Positions 8,231 through 16,726 of a DNA stretch of 44,891 nucleotides are shown in pieces. The notes below the pieces were generated by a model. That model saw only the letters and a program-made list of their open reading frames with translations, made no database searches and had not been told where the DNA came from. Origin of the DNA: Planctomycetales bacterium (lineage in GTDB: Bacteria > Planctomycetota > Planctomycetia > Pirellulales > JAGQOS01); the NCBI GenBank assembly GCA_020427265.1, contig JAGQOS010000001.1, forward strand, positions 1-44,891, written 5' to 3'. Position numbers and translations under genes: made by a program. Within the stretch, counting starts at the first letter, position 1. The number at the start of each line of letters is the position of its first letter.

Positions 8231-10699
8231 TTAGAACGCGTAGCTGAGTCCGCCCAGGAACATGTGGGCCGTGCCGCTGTTGATGCTCGTCGACTTGTCT
8301 TCGTAGTCGAAGTAGACGTAGCGGAAGTAGGTATCCATGCTCCGCATCACCTGATAGTCGACACCGGCATGGAAGCGCGTGGTGTTCACACGCACGTCGG
8401 CGAGCCCGGGCAGGGCCGACCAATCGGCGCCGGCCGGCGAGGCGGGCACCGAAAAGGCGTTGACACCGCGATTCCACTCCACGCCACCGACCAGTTGCAG
8501 GCAAGGCGTCCAGGCGTAGTTGGCGCCCAGGCTTAGCAGGTAATTCTCACCGCCGTACGACCAGCGGGTCTGCTCGGTAACGGCAGGATTGTTGCGGAAC
8601 GAAATCTCGATATCCTGATCAATCCAGTTCGAGAAGTACGCATAGGCTCCGGTGAAAGAGAGCCGGTTCGTGGGTGCATACCACAATGTTCCCATCAACG
8701 GATAGCTTTCTTCGTCGAAGTTGATGCCCTCGGAGTCGTGCCAACTGTCCTGAATGCCAATCTGGACCGTCGCCATCAGGTTCGATGCGGGCGTCCAAGT
8801 ACCGCCGAGTTCGACCAGATGAACCTGTTCCGGCTGGTTCGAGTTGAACGTGCCCGTACCGTCGTGGATCGATCGGATCGGCATATCGACGAACCGGCCG
8901 CGGTAGCGGACAAATCCGTTGAACGTTTGCGAGAAACGGTATTTCGGCGAGAACTCGATCTGATGGGCCACGGTATCGGGCTGTACAAACGTGCCGTTAA
9001 GCGGTGCATCGTATTCGGCATAGTCGCGGTTGATCGACGAGTACTCGTAGCCGGAAACCAGCGAGAAGCGGTCGCGCGGACTTCCGCACGGGCTCCATTG
9101 ACTCTTCACACCCGCGCGAACTCGGTTGTAGTCGACCTGCCGCACAACGGCCCCCGGTTCGCTCTGAGCGGGATTGCCGGTGACTGTGCCCCAGGGCGCC
9201 GTGGTGAGATAGTCGGTGGGCAAATCGTAGTTTTCGTCGTCCATTTTGACGAAACCGATCAGCTTCATGCGTTCGAAGCTGGTGTTGATCAGTCGCACAT
9301 CGTAGCCGGCGAACTCCCGGCGTGTATTACGAAATTCGTTCTTTGTGTCGCCAAGGTACATGTTGGCGTAGAGTTGATTGCAGTCGTTCAACTGGGCGCT
9401 GACCTTCAAGCGATCGACCTGCGTGAAGCTCTCGGGCACGTAGGCATAGCGGTACAGGTCACCGTCGACGTCGTTAGCGGGCGAATAGCTGAAGTGCGAG
9501 TAGACGCGCGTCGCAGCGCCATCGGCTTGTTCAAAGCTGCGCATGGTGCGCGAGTATTCGACCGTAAGGTTGTCGTAGCTAGCTTCGATCACCGGCTGAA
9601 CTTCCATCGTGAGCCAGTCGATCTTCTGGCGTTGGCTTTGCAAGTGGCAGGTGTTGTCGGTCGGTCCGCCGCCGCCCACGTTGTAGCAATGCCCCACGGC
9701 GTTCGCTTGACGTTCGCCGAACTTGCGCATGCCCCAGGTGTTCAGCCGCCATTTGATGTTGTCCGTCAGCTTGCCCTGAAAGCGCGCGTTTAGCTGTTCG
9801 ACGCGAATCGCATAATCTTGTCCGGTGTTCAGGTCTTCCGTCACCACGGCGTCGGCCGGCCCGGGGGGTACCGCGCCGTTGAGGTCGGCGCCGGCGAGCA
9901 AGTCGTGATCCAGACGACGGAGGAAGCGATTGAATTTGACTTTGGCGGTCAAGCGCGGTCCAAAGTAATAGGCACGCGCGTCGGTAGCTTCGTTGTCCAT
10001 GCCGGTCAGTGTGAAGTCGAGCGTGCGTACGCCGTCGCTGCGCATGCCGTCGACGTCCCAGAACGGCGACGACGTGAGTTCCTGAAATTCGCCGACCTTT
10101 TCCAGGTCGCCGTCGGTCGATACGCCCCAATACCCGAAGCGAACTATGGGGCCGTCGAGGTATTCAGTGGGGTCATAAATGGGACCGCAGTCGCAGGCGT
10201 TTACATCGCAATAGCAGCCGTCGCATTGCCATTCGCCACAATTGCCGGTTTGATGGCATCCGCCGCTGTTGCCGGCGCAGGGATGGAGGCAGTACTCGCT
10301 AGTCGTGCAGCAGGAGCAATCGCCGGGGCCATCGAAACGACAGATGTTCGGGGCGCAGCAACAGGAATTGTCGAGGCAGAAACGCACCGGGTTGCAGCAA
10401 TCGCCGCAACCGCTGTCGCACAAATCGCAACTCGCGCCACAGGCTTGATCGCAGGGAGCCGCGTTGTCGCAGGGCGCGGACAGAATTCCGGCCGTCTGCT
10501 GCGCTTCGTATTGCACAGCCCCAGCCTGTTCGCCTGGCGCGCCACCCGATTCGAAAGCCACGGCGGCGTGGTCCGCGGATTCAGCAGCCGGTTTGTCGCG
10601 GAAACCGATCCAGCTTCCTGTCGCACCCGATGTCTGGGCATCCAGCGGGGCGGCGACGGTCGGCACGAGGGCAATGGCCAAGAAGTATATGCGTTTCAT
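8231..10699 (-). CDS. Large outer-membrane beta-barrel protein with Cys-rich N-terminal module (candidate MtrB/PioB-like porin)
   Basis: The start is taken at ATG 10699, which gives the signal peptide 'MKRIYFLAIALVPTVAAPLDAQ'; the listed start at 10780 is a TTG. There are 25 Cys in residues encoded at 10187-10471. The remaining ~640 aa have the alternating hydrophobic/aromatic pattern of beta-strands and end in the OMP-type terminus '...FLGGLSYAF'. Confidence 0.8.
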   Translation of the reverse strand: MKRIYFLAIALVPTVAAPLDAQTSGATGSWIGFRDKPAAESADHAAVAFESGGAPGEQAGAVQYEAQQTAGILSAPCDNAAPCDQACGASCDLCDSGCGDCCNPVRFCLDNSCCCAPNICRFDGPGDCSCCTTSEYCLHPCAGNSGGCHQTGNCGEWQCDGCYCDVNACDCGPIYDPTEYLDGPIVRFGYWGVSTDGDLEKVGEFQELTSSPFWDVDGMRSDGVRTLDFTLTGMDNEATDARAYYFGPRLTAKVKFNRFLRRLDHDLLAGADLNGAVPPGPADAVVTEDLNTGQDYAIRVEQLNARFQGKLTDNIKWRLNTWGMRKFGERQANAVGHCYNVGGGGPTDNTCHLQSQRQKIDWLTMEVQPVIEASYDNLTVEYSRTMRSFEQADGAATRVYSHFSYSPANDVDGDLYRYAYVPESFTQVDRLKVSAQLNDCNQLYANMYLGDTKNEFRNTRREFAGYDVRLINTSFERMKLIGFVKMDDENYDLPTDYLTTAPWGTVTGNPAQSEPGAVVRQVDYNRVRAGVKSQWSPCGSPRDRFSLVSGYEYSSINRDYAEYDAPLNGTFVQPDTVAHQIEFSPKYRFSQTFNGFVRYRGRFVDMPIRSIHDGTGTFNSNQPEQVHLVELGGTWTPASNLMATVQIGIQDSWHDSEGINFDEESYPLMGTLWYAPTNRLSFTGAYAYFSNWIDQDIEISFRNNPAVTEQTRWSYGGENYLLSLGANYAWTPCLQLVGGVEWNRGVNAFSVPASPAGADWSALPGLADVRVNTTRFHAGVDYQVMRSMDTYFRYVYFDYEDKSTSINSGTAHMFLGGLSYAF

Positions 10700-10797
10700 G
10701 GTCCTAGATTCCGATTTACTTTCGCGGGTCTCGGCGCAGCGGGGATTGCGCCAAGGGTAAATCTCTGTCGTGGGTTTCAAACAAACATCGCAGGTAT

Positions 10798-10817
10798 CCG
10801 GGCGCTCTCGCGCCCGG
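10798..10817 (-). other. GC-rich intercistronic stem-loop between the 14-haem cytochrome gene and the barrel gene
   Basis: CCGGGCGC-tctc-GCGCCCGG forms a perfect 8-bp stem that begins 11 nt after the cytochrome stop. No U-tract follows immediately on the minus strand, so it is not a clean intrinsic terminator. Confidence 0.4.
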
Positions 10818-10828
10818 ACTCGCCTTGG

Positions 10829-12316
10829 TTACCGAGCAAACGATCTCGGCAAGTGCGGCGAGGGCAGGTCACTGCCGTGTATCTGGGCATGGCATTGTGT
10901 GCAGTCGCTGTAGAACGCCGCCTGCATACTCGGCGTTGTTCCAACATCGCCCACGCCGGCGCCTGTGTGCGGACCAAAGGTTGGCCCCACGCGATGCCCG
11001 GTGTGACATCGCAAACACAGGAAGGTCGCAGGTTGGTGCAGCAAATTATTGGCTACTGTGCCGTGCGGGTTATGACATATTCCGCAGTCTTCTGTCACGG
11101 GAGGATGGGAGTACACAAAGGGTCCCTGCTTTTCAGCGTGGCACTTGTAACAAAGTTGATTCGTAGTCGCCTCTTTCAAGTTGCCGTGCGCCTGTCCGTG
11201 GCCATCGTGACAATCGGAGCAGACCAACTTTCCTTCCTTGATCGGATGATGCGAAGGCATAGACGTTTCGGCGTAGATCTTGGGATGGCAACCGAAGCAC
11301 ACGTTCGGCTCGTCGACCGACATCGGCATCCGCGGCGCCCGTCGTACGTTCGTGTGGCTAATGTTTACGACATCGGCCACGCCGGTTTTCGGATGGGGGT
11401 TGTGACAGTCGGTACACGCAACGCCGTGCAGGCTGTGCGACGAGGAGTGCCAGGCCATCGTAGGCGCGTCTTTATGGCATTCCAAACACAATTGCGTACG
11501 CGACTCATGACGAATCTTGCCGTGGGGATCATGGCAAGTGGCGCAGGTGAACGAGTTCTGGCCGAGCATTTGATGCGGATGCGCGACGTGCTCGTACTGC
11601 TCCATGTCGCCGTGGCAGCGATAGCAGATTTGCGGCGAGATCGCGCCCATGTGGTGCGAATTGGCTCGCAGGGTCGCCATGTCTGGAGCGGGGGTCTCCA
11701 TTTGCAGGCTCACGAGCTGATGCGGCGGCAGGCGACGAATTTCGGCGCTCTCCAAGTCCGTCGTAGCAGGTGTTCCTGGTGGAACGTTGTAATGGCCCGT
11801 ATGGCAATCGGTACAAGCCACGCCGTTGTGGGCATGCACCGAATTGCGCCAGCGCCCGCCGGGAGCACACTGGTCCTCTTGATGGCACTTCAGGCAGAGT
11901 TCCGACTTTTGTGCCGGCGGCAGCGTCTTGAAGCTAAGGATCGAACCAGGCTCTTTGCCGCGCGTTTGGAGGTGGCGGCTACCCGGTCCATGGCACTGCT
12001 CGCACGATTGGCCACGGTGAATGTTGTGCTGAAACGTCTTCACATAGGTCTCGTGGCAGACCATGCACAACGTGTCGTCGTTGACATATTCGGCATTTTC
12101 AATCTGCGGCACAGGCACATGGAGCGCCGCCAATTGCACCTCTTGGAACTGCCCCTGAGGCTTTGGCCAATACGCCGACTTCGTGTCGACTTCGCCACGT
12201 TCGGCCTTGGTGGAAGACGATTTGCACGAAGCAAATGGCAGCACGCAAACCGCCGCAAAAAGCCAAACCAGACCTTGCCGGATACGAAATCCCGGAACCC
12301 GAATGGTAGTCCGCAC
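10829..12316 (-). CDS. 14-haem c-type cytochrome, probable lipoprotein (MtrA/DmsE-like modules)
   Basis: GTG start at 12316 with GGAGG 7 nt upstream. Signal peptide with a lipobox-like 'LPFASC'. There are 14 CXXCH sites (CMVCH, CEQCH, CLKCH, CTDCH, CYRCH, CATCH, CLECH, CTDCH, CFGCH, CSDCH, CYKCH, CGICH, CLRCH, CTQCH). The C-terminal stretch 'GPFVYSHPPVTEDCGICHNPHGT...LCLRCH' resembles periplasmic deca-/multihaem electron carriers. Confidence 0.9.
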   Translation of the reverse strand: MRTTIRVPGFRIRQGLVWLFAAVCVLPFASCKSSSTKAERGEVDTKSAYWPKPQGQFQEVQLAALHVPVPQIENAEYVNDDTLCMVCHETYVKTFQHNIHRGQSCEQCHGPGSRHLQTRGKEPGSILSFKTLPPAQKSELCLKCHQEDQCAPGGRWRNSVHAHNGVACTDCHTGHYNVPPGTPATTDLESAEIRRLPPHQLVSLQMETPAPDMATLRANSHHMGAISPQICYRCHGDMEQYEHVAHPHQMLGQNSFTCATCHDPHGKIRHESRTQLCLECHKDAPTMAWHSSSHSLHGVACTDCHNPHPKTGVADVVNISHTNVRRAPRMPMSVDEPNVCFGCHPKIYAETSMPSHHPIKEGKLVCSDCHDGHGQAHGNLKEATTNQLCYKCHAEKQGPFVYSHPPVTEDCGICHNPHGTVANNLLHQPATFLCLRCHTGHRVGPTFGPHTGAGVGDVGTTPSMQAAFYSDCTQCHAQIHGSDLPSPHLPRSFAR

Positions 12317-12858
12317 AACTAGACCTCCGTGTCAAACCGCTCAAGGAACAAGCGGCGTGTAATTCACCGTATCGACACATCAACGGCACAAGTCCCCTCC
12401 TGGGTCTTGGCCTCTGCATCGCTCGACCATGCCATTTGGCACGTCCGCGCCACGAGAGATGGTTCACTCTGCCAAGCGTCCACGCTAGCTAGCTCGGGCT
12501 GGCAAGAGAAACCATGTTTTTGTGTCCATCATCGATTCTCGACCTTTCTCGGCCGCGTTTTGAATGAAAATCGCCGGAGCTGCAATCATTTGCCAAGACT
12601 GCATGCAGATCGTCGTGCTGCACACTCCCGGCGCGCGGTACCGCACAAAAAATGGGTAGCTTCCGCTGCGTTGCACACCGGAGCCGGTGGACCGACTTAT
12701 GCGTACGGCGAACGAGCAAGTTAGAGGCAGACTCAGCAAGGTCGGCGCACCTCGCCTAGATTACCTCGCTCTGAAAAGAGACGTCGTGGCGCAACTGCGC
12801 CAGGGTGGACGGCTCGCAAACGCCAGCAACAGGAGGCCAGCTTAGAGTGCCCTTTGAC

Positions 12859-14697
12859 CTATGCCCGCATCGACGCCATCTGAGCTTCAATGGCTGTATT
12901 TGGCCACGATGGCAGTTGTGCAACATGGCTACGAACCAACGCGATGATGGCAAACGTCCATTGAAGAACCAACCCGACCACAACCATTCCCGTGCCGCCG
13001 GCGCCAAATCCGTACGAGTGCGCGCCGGCGGCGAGTACGAAGTTCACGCCGTACCAGGTCATGACCACAAGCGAGAAGCAAACGATCGAGGCCGCGGCCA
13101 AGCCTTTCTCGCCAACCATGCCAGCACTACGTGCATGCAAAAGGGCGAGATAACCGAGCAACGTAATGAGCGACCAAACCTCCTTCGGATCCCAGGCCCA
13201 GAACCGCCCCCAGGCGGCATCGGCCCAGACCGCCCCAAAGCCGAGCCCCAAGACAAGCAGCAAGACACCCAGTCGAGTTGTGAGCAGTGTTGCCTGGCAT
13301 AGCGCGCGCAACTTTGTGTATTCGGACCTGTTTCGCCAATGCGAATACAAGGTGAGGTTCGCCAGCGTTGCCCCCAATGCAAAGGCTGCGAAGCTTAGCG
13401 AAACCGCCAAGACATGCGCTACCAGGAGAGAATTGCTGCGCAACACCGGGTCGAGCGGATTCATCCGCGGATCGAAGACGGCTGGCGATCCGTCGGCGGC
13501 GGCCAGCAAGATCGCTGTGGTCATCGAGGCAGCAACCAGTATTGCCTTGTTGCGATATCTCCACTGTAGCGCCAATGCCAACAAAGCGATTCCACCCGCT
13601 ACCAGGAGAACGGTCTCGAACATGTTTGCCGCGGGAATTCGATTGGCGATCATGCCTCGCATCGCGAGTCCCGCGAAAACAGCCATCAGGCCGATGGCGT
13701 ACGCGATTAGAGCACTAGCAAAGAACGAACCGCGTCGGCGCCGATGATGAACCGAGAACAAACAACAGGCGCCGAAAAAGCTGATCCAGGCCAAACGAAA
13801 GGGTCGCCAATGATTGTAGGCGACTTCGAGCTGCATGGCCGATTCTTTCGGCGCACCGGAATACTTTTTTCCGATCTGCCCGAACGCCGCAGCCAAGTCG
13901 GACGAGGCTTGATGGAAGTCGGACGTGTGGCCAGCTAGAAACGCTTGGCGGGCCTGTTGCAAGTGTTTCTGAATTTTTCGCAGCTCACCGGAAGGGTCGG
14001 TATCATCGTCGAACTTCTGCAACAGGAGTTGTCCGCAAGTCAACCATCGTTGAGGCTCGACTTCATCGGAAGGCAACCATTTGGCAAGCCGTCCCATTCT
14101 TGCTCGCTGATAAGTCCAGTAGCGATCAGCCAGTTCGATTGCTTCCACTTCCACGCGAGTCAATTCTTCGCCTTTCGACTCGGCATCGATCAACCGTTTT
14201 GCCCAGGCATCGAAACTCAGGGCCTTGTCGGTGCGCGTGTCGTACACTTGAATCTTGTTTAGGCGTTCTGCAGAAACCAACAATTCCTTCGCCGGCAGTG
14301 TAAGTCGTTCTCTTAGCTGCGCATCTTCGATGGGCAGTAACGGCATTTTGTCCCATTTGTCAGCCTGGTGAAATTGAAAATAGATCGGACACCAGTCCTT
14401 GAGCTCCAGCATGCGGTCGCGTTGCGAATGGTCCCAACCCTGCCACTCGAAGAGCATGGTCAAATAGGCCGCGGTCGCGTCGAGGCGCACGGACGACTGC
14501 GGATCGCGCAAGCCATGGGAGTTCGAGGTTCGCCACAGTGTCTCTTGTGCGAACGTGTCGAGCGGTTTGAAACGTCCGTCGGACAAAACGCAAATCGGCC
14601 GCCAGGCTTGCACGTCGACTCGCCTGTCCGCCGCCTTGGCGCTGGTCGCACCGATGATCAGACCCGTGTATATCGCTGCCGAAATCCAACGTGACAC
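12859..14697 (-). CDS. ccsA: System II cytochrome c biogenesis protein CcsA/ResC with long N-terminal periplasmic extension
   Basis: GTG start at 14697 with GGAAGGAG 6 nt upstream. WWD motif 'WGRFWAWDPKEVWSL' sits in the C-terminal polytopic half. The N-terminal ~300 aa are soluble and contain 'DGRFKPLDTFAQETL'. The gene lies 27 nt downstream of resB. Confidence 0.9.
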   Translation of the reverse strand: MSRWISAAIYTGLIIGATSAKAADRRVDVQAWRPICVLSDGRFKPLDTFAQETLWRTSNSHGLRDPQSSVRLDATAAYLTMLFEWQGWDHSQRDRMLELKDWCPIYFQFHQADKWDKMPLLPIEDAQLRERLTLPAKELLVSAERLNKIQVYDTRTDKALSFDAWAKRLIDAESKGEELTRVEVEAIELADRYWTYQRARMGRLAKWLPSDEVEPQRWLTCGQLLLQKFDDDTDPSGELRKIQKHLQQARQAFLAGHTSDFHQASSDLAAAFGQIGKKYSGAPKESAMQLEVAYNHWRPFRLAWISFFGACCLFSVHHRRRRGSFFASALIAYAIGLMAVFAGLAMRGMIANRIPAANMFETVLLVAGGIALLALALQWRYRNKAILVAASMTTAILLAAADGSPAVFDPRMNPLDPVLRSNSLLVAHVLAVSLSFAAFALGATLANLTLYSHWRNRSEYTKLRALCQATLLTTRLGVLLLVLGLGFGAVWADAAWGRFWAWDPKEVWSLITLLGYLALLHARSAGMVGEKGLAAASIVCFSLVVMTWYGVNFVLAAGAHSYGFGAGGTGMVVVGLVLQWTFAIIALVRSHVAQLPSWPNTAIEAQMASMRA

Positions 14698-14724
14698 AAG
14701 ATGCTCCTTCCTTCGCGTCTACGA

Positions 14725-16605
14725 TCAGGCCGCTTCTCGCGATTTGCTCCAAGTTTCGTCCGGGTGTTTCCATTCTTCCGTCGCCGTCGAAATTCCTGCT
14801 GCTTCGATTCTCGCACGAACGCGTGCGTTGGCATCCTTGCCACCAGCAATCGAGCGACGGACGAACATGACGGCAATGCCACAGAAAATCATGACACAGC
14901 CCGCCTGTTTCAGCGGCCGGCCGGGATCGAATGTCACCGTAAATCGCGACGCTTGCGCGTTGTGCCTGCTTTCGCCGACTCCCGCCTGGCAGATGGTGAA
15001 ATGTTCATGTCGAAGCGGCCGGTTCGTGCCTATCTCCGCGTCGTCAAGCGGCTTTCCATCGCGACCGACAAGCTGCAGCCGACTTGCATACTCCGCATCA
15101 CCGGCGCCGTCTAGGCCCTGGCGGCGGTCGAAATCGGTAAGTTTCAAGTTGAACCCCAGCGGTTCCGTGCCATTTCCGTAACTTAAAGAGAGCGATCCAT
15201 CGGATGTTTCAATCGTGCCGTGGCTGCGCAATGGCACATTTCGCTGCAACCACAGTTCGTGCGTGGTTCCCGCCACTCGAAGTTCGACCAGAACGGCAGG
15301 CTCGGAGTTTTTCACGCGTTTGCCAAAGGCCGGCTGAAATGACACCTTCTCTTTGGCAAATGGGAAAAACTCTTCGATTTCAACTTGGAAATTGTTCGAC
15401 ACTTCGATGCGTCCGCCGGCCTGCACCTGGCCATGAAACGTGCGTTTCCCGTTTTGACATGTGCGAGCGAGCAATTCGCCATTCAAAGCGCGTAGCAATT
15501 CGACCGAAGTGCCCGCATCCAAGGCGGGATGTTCGTAGCGAAATTTAACCGGGCAGTCGCGTGGGTAAACGCCATCGAGATTCAGCAGCGGATCTTTGGC
15601 GAAGGCGATTTGTCGAAAGGGCGTAACCTCGCCCGGCATGTGCACCTGGAGTTCGACCATCGGATTGCCCGGTTGCTCACCTTTGGTGACGAAACTGCCT
15701 GCCTGACTTGGCCGGGCATTGGGAAGGTATTGGACAATCTCGATGGTCACGCCCGAGTCGTCGAGTGCAATTCGCTTTTCGAGAAACTCGTGGACGGAAA
15801 CCTGCTTGACCATATCTTGATAGTAGATCGTAAGACTTCCCTGTTCGGCGAGCGATTTCTCTTCGACATCTCGGAAGTTCTCCAACATTGCGTCGCTCGT
15901 GGCTTGCTCCAACTGAATGCGTAGCGGCCCGACCATAAGCGCGTTTCCGTAGCGACCCGCGCTGAGCCAATGGCTGGCGACCTTTTTGCCATCGGGCCCT
16001 AGGACTTTGAATGTGAGATAGGGACCGCCGGCGCGGGCGGAATCGGGGGCCCAATCGTGCCGCAGCGAGGCATGACGCAAATAACGCACGATTCGCGCTC
16101 CGACTCCATCGACTTCGCCAACCTCGAGTTCGTGGCCGGCAGTCCAATCAACCGGACCACCGTCGAAGGCAAACTTGAATGGCCGTTCGTCGGGCTTGCC
16201 AACCCACGACGCGGTAATCTGGCTGACGGCAGGCACAACGAATTCGCCGGCCTCCTGGTCTTCGGCCAGTTCCAGCACTCCCTGCTTGCCCTGCAGGAAC
16301 GAAATCAGCATGCCGAGCAGCAGCACCAAGAGCCCGGCATGCGTGAACAGCAATCCGATCGGTGGTCGTTGAAGCGAAAAACGTCGGACCGCTCCACAAG
16401 CGATGTTGACGGCAAGCACCGCCCATAGCCCGCAGAACCAGGGCTGCTCGTATACAAACCATCGGACGTAAGCGCTGCCGTGAATCGCTTCGAGAAACGA
16501 CGTGACGGCGAGCACGGTTGCTATCAATACTAGCAAAGCTACGGCGAGCTGCAGCGACCCCAAGAACGACAATACACGGAAAAATGCGTGGCGGGATTTC
16601 GACAC
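14725..16605 (-). CDS. ccsB: System II cytochrome c biogenesis protein ResB/CcsB
   Basis: ResB-like N-terminus 'FFRVLSFLGSLQLAVALLVLIATVLAVTSF...WFCGLWAVLAVNIACGAVRRF', a large periplasmic domain and a C-terminal TM helix. I place the start at GTG 16605, with AAGGG 7 nt upstream; TTG 16611 is an alternative. The upstream part of the listed ORF (to 16917) is not protein-like and overlaps a transposase relic on the other strand. Confidence 0.8.
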   Translation of the reverse strand: MSKSRHAFFRVLSFLGSLQLAVALLVLIATVLAVTSFLEAIHGSAYVRWFVYEQPWFCGLWAVLAVNIACGAVRRFSLQRPPIGLLFTHAGLLVLLLGMLISFLQGKQGVLELAEDQEAGEFVVPAVSQITASWVGKPDERPFKFAFDGGPVDWTAGHELEVGEVDGVGARIVRYLRHASLRHDWAPDSARAGGPYLTFKVLGPDGKKVASHWLSAGRYGNALMVGPLRIQLEQATSDAMLENFRDVEEKSLAEQGSLTIYYQDMVKQVSVHEFLEKRIALDDSGVTIEIVQYLPNARPSQAGSFVTKGEQPGNPMVELQVHMPGEVTPFRQIAFAKDPLLNLDGVYPRDCPVKFRYEHPALDAGTSVELLRALNGELLARTCQNGKRTFHGQVQAGGRIEVSNNFQVEIEEFFPFAKEKVSFQPAFGKRVKNSEPAVLVELRVAGTTHELWLQRNVPLRSHGTIETSDGSLSLSYGNGTEPLGFNLKLTDFDRRQGLDGAGDAEYASRLQLVGRDGKPLDDAEIGTNRPLRHEHFTICQAGVGESRHNAQASRFTVTFDPGRPLKQAGCVMIFCGIAVMFVRRSIAGGKDANARVRARIEAAGISTATEEWKHPDETWSKSREAA

Positions 16606-16726
16606 TATCAAGCCCTTTGATTGAATCCACCGCGAACAAAGCGACCATGCTCTGAAAAAACGCGGAATATACGTCGGCCCGAATACCGGTTCCCGATTGC
16701 ATGCGTCTGCGACCTGGCAGAGCCCA

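Noticed and set aside
8738-9793. 351-aa plus-strand ORF
   Set aside because: It lies antisense to the beta-barrel gene.
9818-12322. Very long (834 aa) plus-strand ORF spanning the barrel N-terminus, the spacer and the whole 14-haem cytochrome gene
   Set aside because: It lies antisense to two genes with decisive motifs (14 CXXCH sites; signal peptide plus OMP terminus). Its translation is Arg/Ala/Gly/Val-rich with no motifs. This is a typical GC-rich shadow ORF.
12786-12800. Short hairpin GGCGC-aact-GCGCC downstream of ccsA, considered as a terminator
   Set aside because: Its stem is only 5 bp and the T-run is not adjacent on the minus strand, so there is not enough evidence to call it.
12317-12858. 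542-nt spacer upstream of the 14-haem cytochrome gene, examined for a small gene, riboswitch or FNR/CRP-type palindrome
   Set aside because: The ORFs here (up to 131 aa) are featureless. I found no TTGAT-N4-ATCAA-type site and no convincing structured element by eye. The spacer probably holds a promoter and leader only.
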